A program made the translations under genes and the position numbers. A stretch of DNA of 64,000 bases from Alphaproteobacteria bacterium MarineAlpha9_Bin6 (GTDB lineage Bacteria > Pseudomonadota > Alphaproteobacteria > UBA7887), in the NCBI GenBank assembly GCA_002937585.1, contig PTKE01000002.1, positions 912-64,911 on the forward strand. The letters run 5' to 3'. Shown here piece by piece: positions 60,857-64,000 of this stretch. The notes beneath the pieces were generated by a model. The model did not search any database, had not been told where the DNA came from, and saw only the letters and a program-made list of their open reading frames with translations. Each line of letters begins with the position of its first letter. Positions within the stretch are counted from its first letter, which is position 1.

Positions 60857-62446
60857 ATGAGCGACAATCGTCAAGATGTAGTAGAAAAAGCGCAGACGTC
60901 CCCCATAGAGCAGGAACGTATTGTTATTTTTGATACAACAATGCGCGATGGTGAACAATCGCCAGGTGCGTCGATGTCGCTCGAGGAAAAACTCGAAATA
61001 GCAACTGTACTCGAAGAAATGGGTGTCGATGTAATTGAAGCTGGGTTCGCCATCGCGTCAAAGGGCGACTTTGAGGCGATTACCGAAGTATCCAAGGTGA
61101 TAAAGAATTCAGTGATATGCAGCTTGGCGCGCTCCGGATTTAAAGATATTGACCGAGCTAACGAAGCTCTAGTGCATGCCCGCCGCAAACGTATACACAC
61201 TTTTATTGCGACTAGTCCACTGCACATGCGGCATAAACTACAAATGGATCCTGATGACGTGCATCAGGCAGTAGCGGATAGTGTCAGTCGCGCGCGGAAT
61301 TATTGTGATGATGTGGAGTGGAGTCCAGAAGACGGCACACGCACGAATCGTGATTTCCTTTGCCGAACCGTCGAAACCGCGATCAAATGCGGTGCTCGGA
61401 CGATCAATATCCCGGACACGGTTGGATATACCATGCCGGACGAGTTTACTGCATTAATAAAAATGCTACGGGATCGTGTACCCAATATCGATAAAGCGAC
61501 GTTATCGGTCCATTGCCATAACGATTTAGGGATGGCGGTGGCTAATTCACTGGCGGCGGTTAAGGCTGGTGCGCGCCAGATTGAATGTACGATAAACGGG
61601 CTAGGTGAACGTGCTGGTAATGCGGCAATGGAGGAAATCGTAATGGCGCTCCGTACGAGAAATGACCTGCTGCCGTATGAAACTAACATTCGTACTGAAA
61701 ACATCATGAAAGCGTCACGTTTGGTGTCGGCTGTTACGGGTTTTGTGGTTCAACCCAATAAAGCGGTCGTCGGCGCCAACGCCTTTGCGCATGAAGCTGG
61801 CATACATCAAGACGGTATGTTGAAACATTCCGGGACCTACGAAATCATGACTCCGGAATCGGTTGGTCTTAGCAAATCAACTTTGGTGATGGGTAAGCAC
61901 TCGGGACGACACGCATTTAAAACTAAGCTAAGTGAGCTGGGTTATAATCTTGGCGATAATGCCCTTAATGATGCGTTTGGTCGGTTTAAGGATCTTGCGG
62001 ACAAGAAAAAGGAAGTGTTTGATGAAGACTTGATTGCTTTAGTTGATGATGCTGTGGCGCGTCGTAACGAGCGCATTCGCGTGACCAAACTACATCTGAC
62101 TTGCGGTATTGGGGTTCGTCCAAGTGCCAAACTCGAACTAGAGATTGATGGTGAACGTAACTCGGCCACAGCGGATGGAGATGGTCCTGTCGACGCGGTA
62201 TTCCGGTGCATTGGAAAGTTGTTTCCTCATCAGGCTGGGCTGCAACTGTTCCAAATTCAGGCTGTTACGGAGGGTACTGATGCTCAAGCGGACGTTATAG
62301 TCCGTCTAGAGGAGAACGGTCGGTCGGTAAACGGCCACGGGGCAGATACCGACACGATGGTTGCGAGTGCTCGGGCATATGTTAATGCACTTAATAAACT
62401 ACTTGTTAAACGGGAGAAGACCGCACCAGCAGCACTTTCCGCTTGA
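60857..62446 (+). CDS. leuA: 2-isopropylmalate synthase
   Basis: IFDTT.RDGEQSPG, HCHNDLG, NG.GERAGN, HEAGIHQDG, GKHSGR, C-terminal regulatory domain. Confidence 0.96.
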   Translation: MSDNRQDVVEKAQTSPIEQERIVIFDTTMRDGEQSPGASMSLEEKLEIATVLEEMGVDVIEAGFAIASKGDFEAITEVSKVIKNSVICSLARSGFKDIDRANEALVHARRKRIHTFIATSPLHMRHKLQMDPDDVHQAVADSVSRARNYCDDVEWSPEDGTRTNRDFLCRTVETAIKCGARTINIPDTVGYTMPDEFTALIKMLRDRVPNIDKATLSVHCHNDLGMAVANSLAAVKAGARQIECTINGLGERAGNAAMEEIVMALRTRNDLLPYETNIRTENIMKASRLVSAVTGFVVQPNKAVVGANAFAHEAGIHQDGMLKHSGTYEIMTPESVGLSKSTLVMGKHSGRHAFKTKLSELGYNLGDNALNDAFGRFKDLADKKKEVFDEDLIALVDDAVARRNERIRVTKLHLTCGIGVRPSAKLELEIDGERNSATADGDGPVDAVFRCIGKLFPHQAGLQLFQIQAVTEGTDAQADVIVRLEENGRSVNGHGADTDTMVASARAYVNALNKLLVKREKTAPAALSA

Positions 62447-62550
62447 GCGATGATGCACTGGATAAAATGGTTCTAGGGTTCTACCGTTGAAGTGACGCCG
62501 CTGGGTTTAGAATTGCTAGGCAACGAGCGTACAGAATGAACTTTGATTGA

Positions 62551-63606
<1,056 letters not shown>

Positions 63607-63678
63607 TTTATACGGGGTTATATAAATCGGAGCCATTGTGATCAGATAGATGATTAGCCGAGTGAATTAACTGGAGTC

Positions 63679-64000
63679 ATGCCACCGCCAGGTCAAAAAT
63701 ATGTATTGCGAATCGCGCTGCCCCTCAGGGCGCAGGCACAGCGGTTCGGTTTTATTGTCTTGCTCGCCTTGGCTTTCACTTTGATGGTGTTTGCTCGGAC
63801 CGAGATGATGGTTGTGGAGCGGTTTCGTACTAATGTCTTGGACATGTTTGTTCCAGTGTTGTCTGCTTTATCGCATCCGGTTGGATCAGTTCGCGATGTA
63901 ACAAGTGCAATAAATAGTTGGACTATGTTGCATCAGGAAAATGTTCAATTGCGAGAGGTGAACGCCCGACTTCAGCGCTGGGAAGTGGTCGCGCATAAAC
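63679..64000 (+). CDS. mreC: Rod shape-determining protein MreC (5' part, truncated by the window end)
   Basis: GGAG RBS; MPPPGQK... with a TM helix, then R..V.D...P.L..LS.PV and L..EN..LR coiled coil; follows mreB. Confidence 0.85.
   Translation, partial: MPPPGQKYVLRIALPLRAQAQRFGFIVLLALAFTLMVFARTEMMVVERFRTNVLDMFVPVLSALSHPVGSVRDVTSAINSWTMLHQENVQLREVNARLQRWEVVAHK

Overview
A 64-kb chromosomal segment (roughly 50% GC by eye) of an alphaproteobacterium, probably Rhodospirillales-like. The assignment rests on a circularly permuted two-piece tmRNA, an alpha-type SspB, thyX and an alpha-type COX operon. Most of the window is housekeeping: thrC/M16/rimJ, pmbA and tldD, ubiA/ubiD, rsmE/gshA, a complete aa3 cytochrome c oxidase cluster, fumA, apbC, hflKC-degP-miaA, ilvIHC, leuA and mreBC. 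The main accessory block (17.2-24.8 kb) lies between tldD and coxB. It is a tightly coupled operon resembling the 2-furoate catabolic genes hmfABCDE, but it is led by two non-canonical genes: a thiol-peroxidase (Tpx)-fold protein lacking all catalytic residues and a luciferase-like flavin oxidoreductase. Other notable points are a DUF983 gene with an in-frame TAA inside the COX operon, a Cys-pair (type 1) heme A synthase, an inferred ~29-kb inversion splitting the COX operon tail, a 17-bp tandem repeat overlapping an RpoH-like promoter, and a structured leuA leader. No CRISPR array, tRNA, rRNA, transposase or integrase was seen. All family calls come from motif recognition and memory, not database searches.
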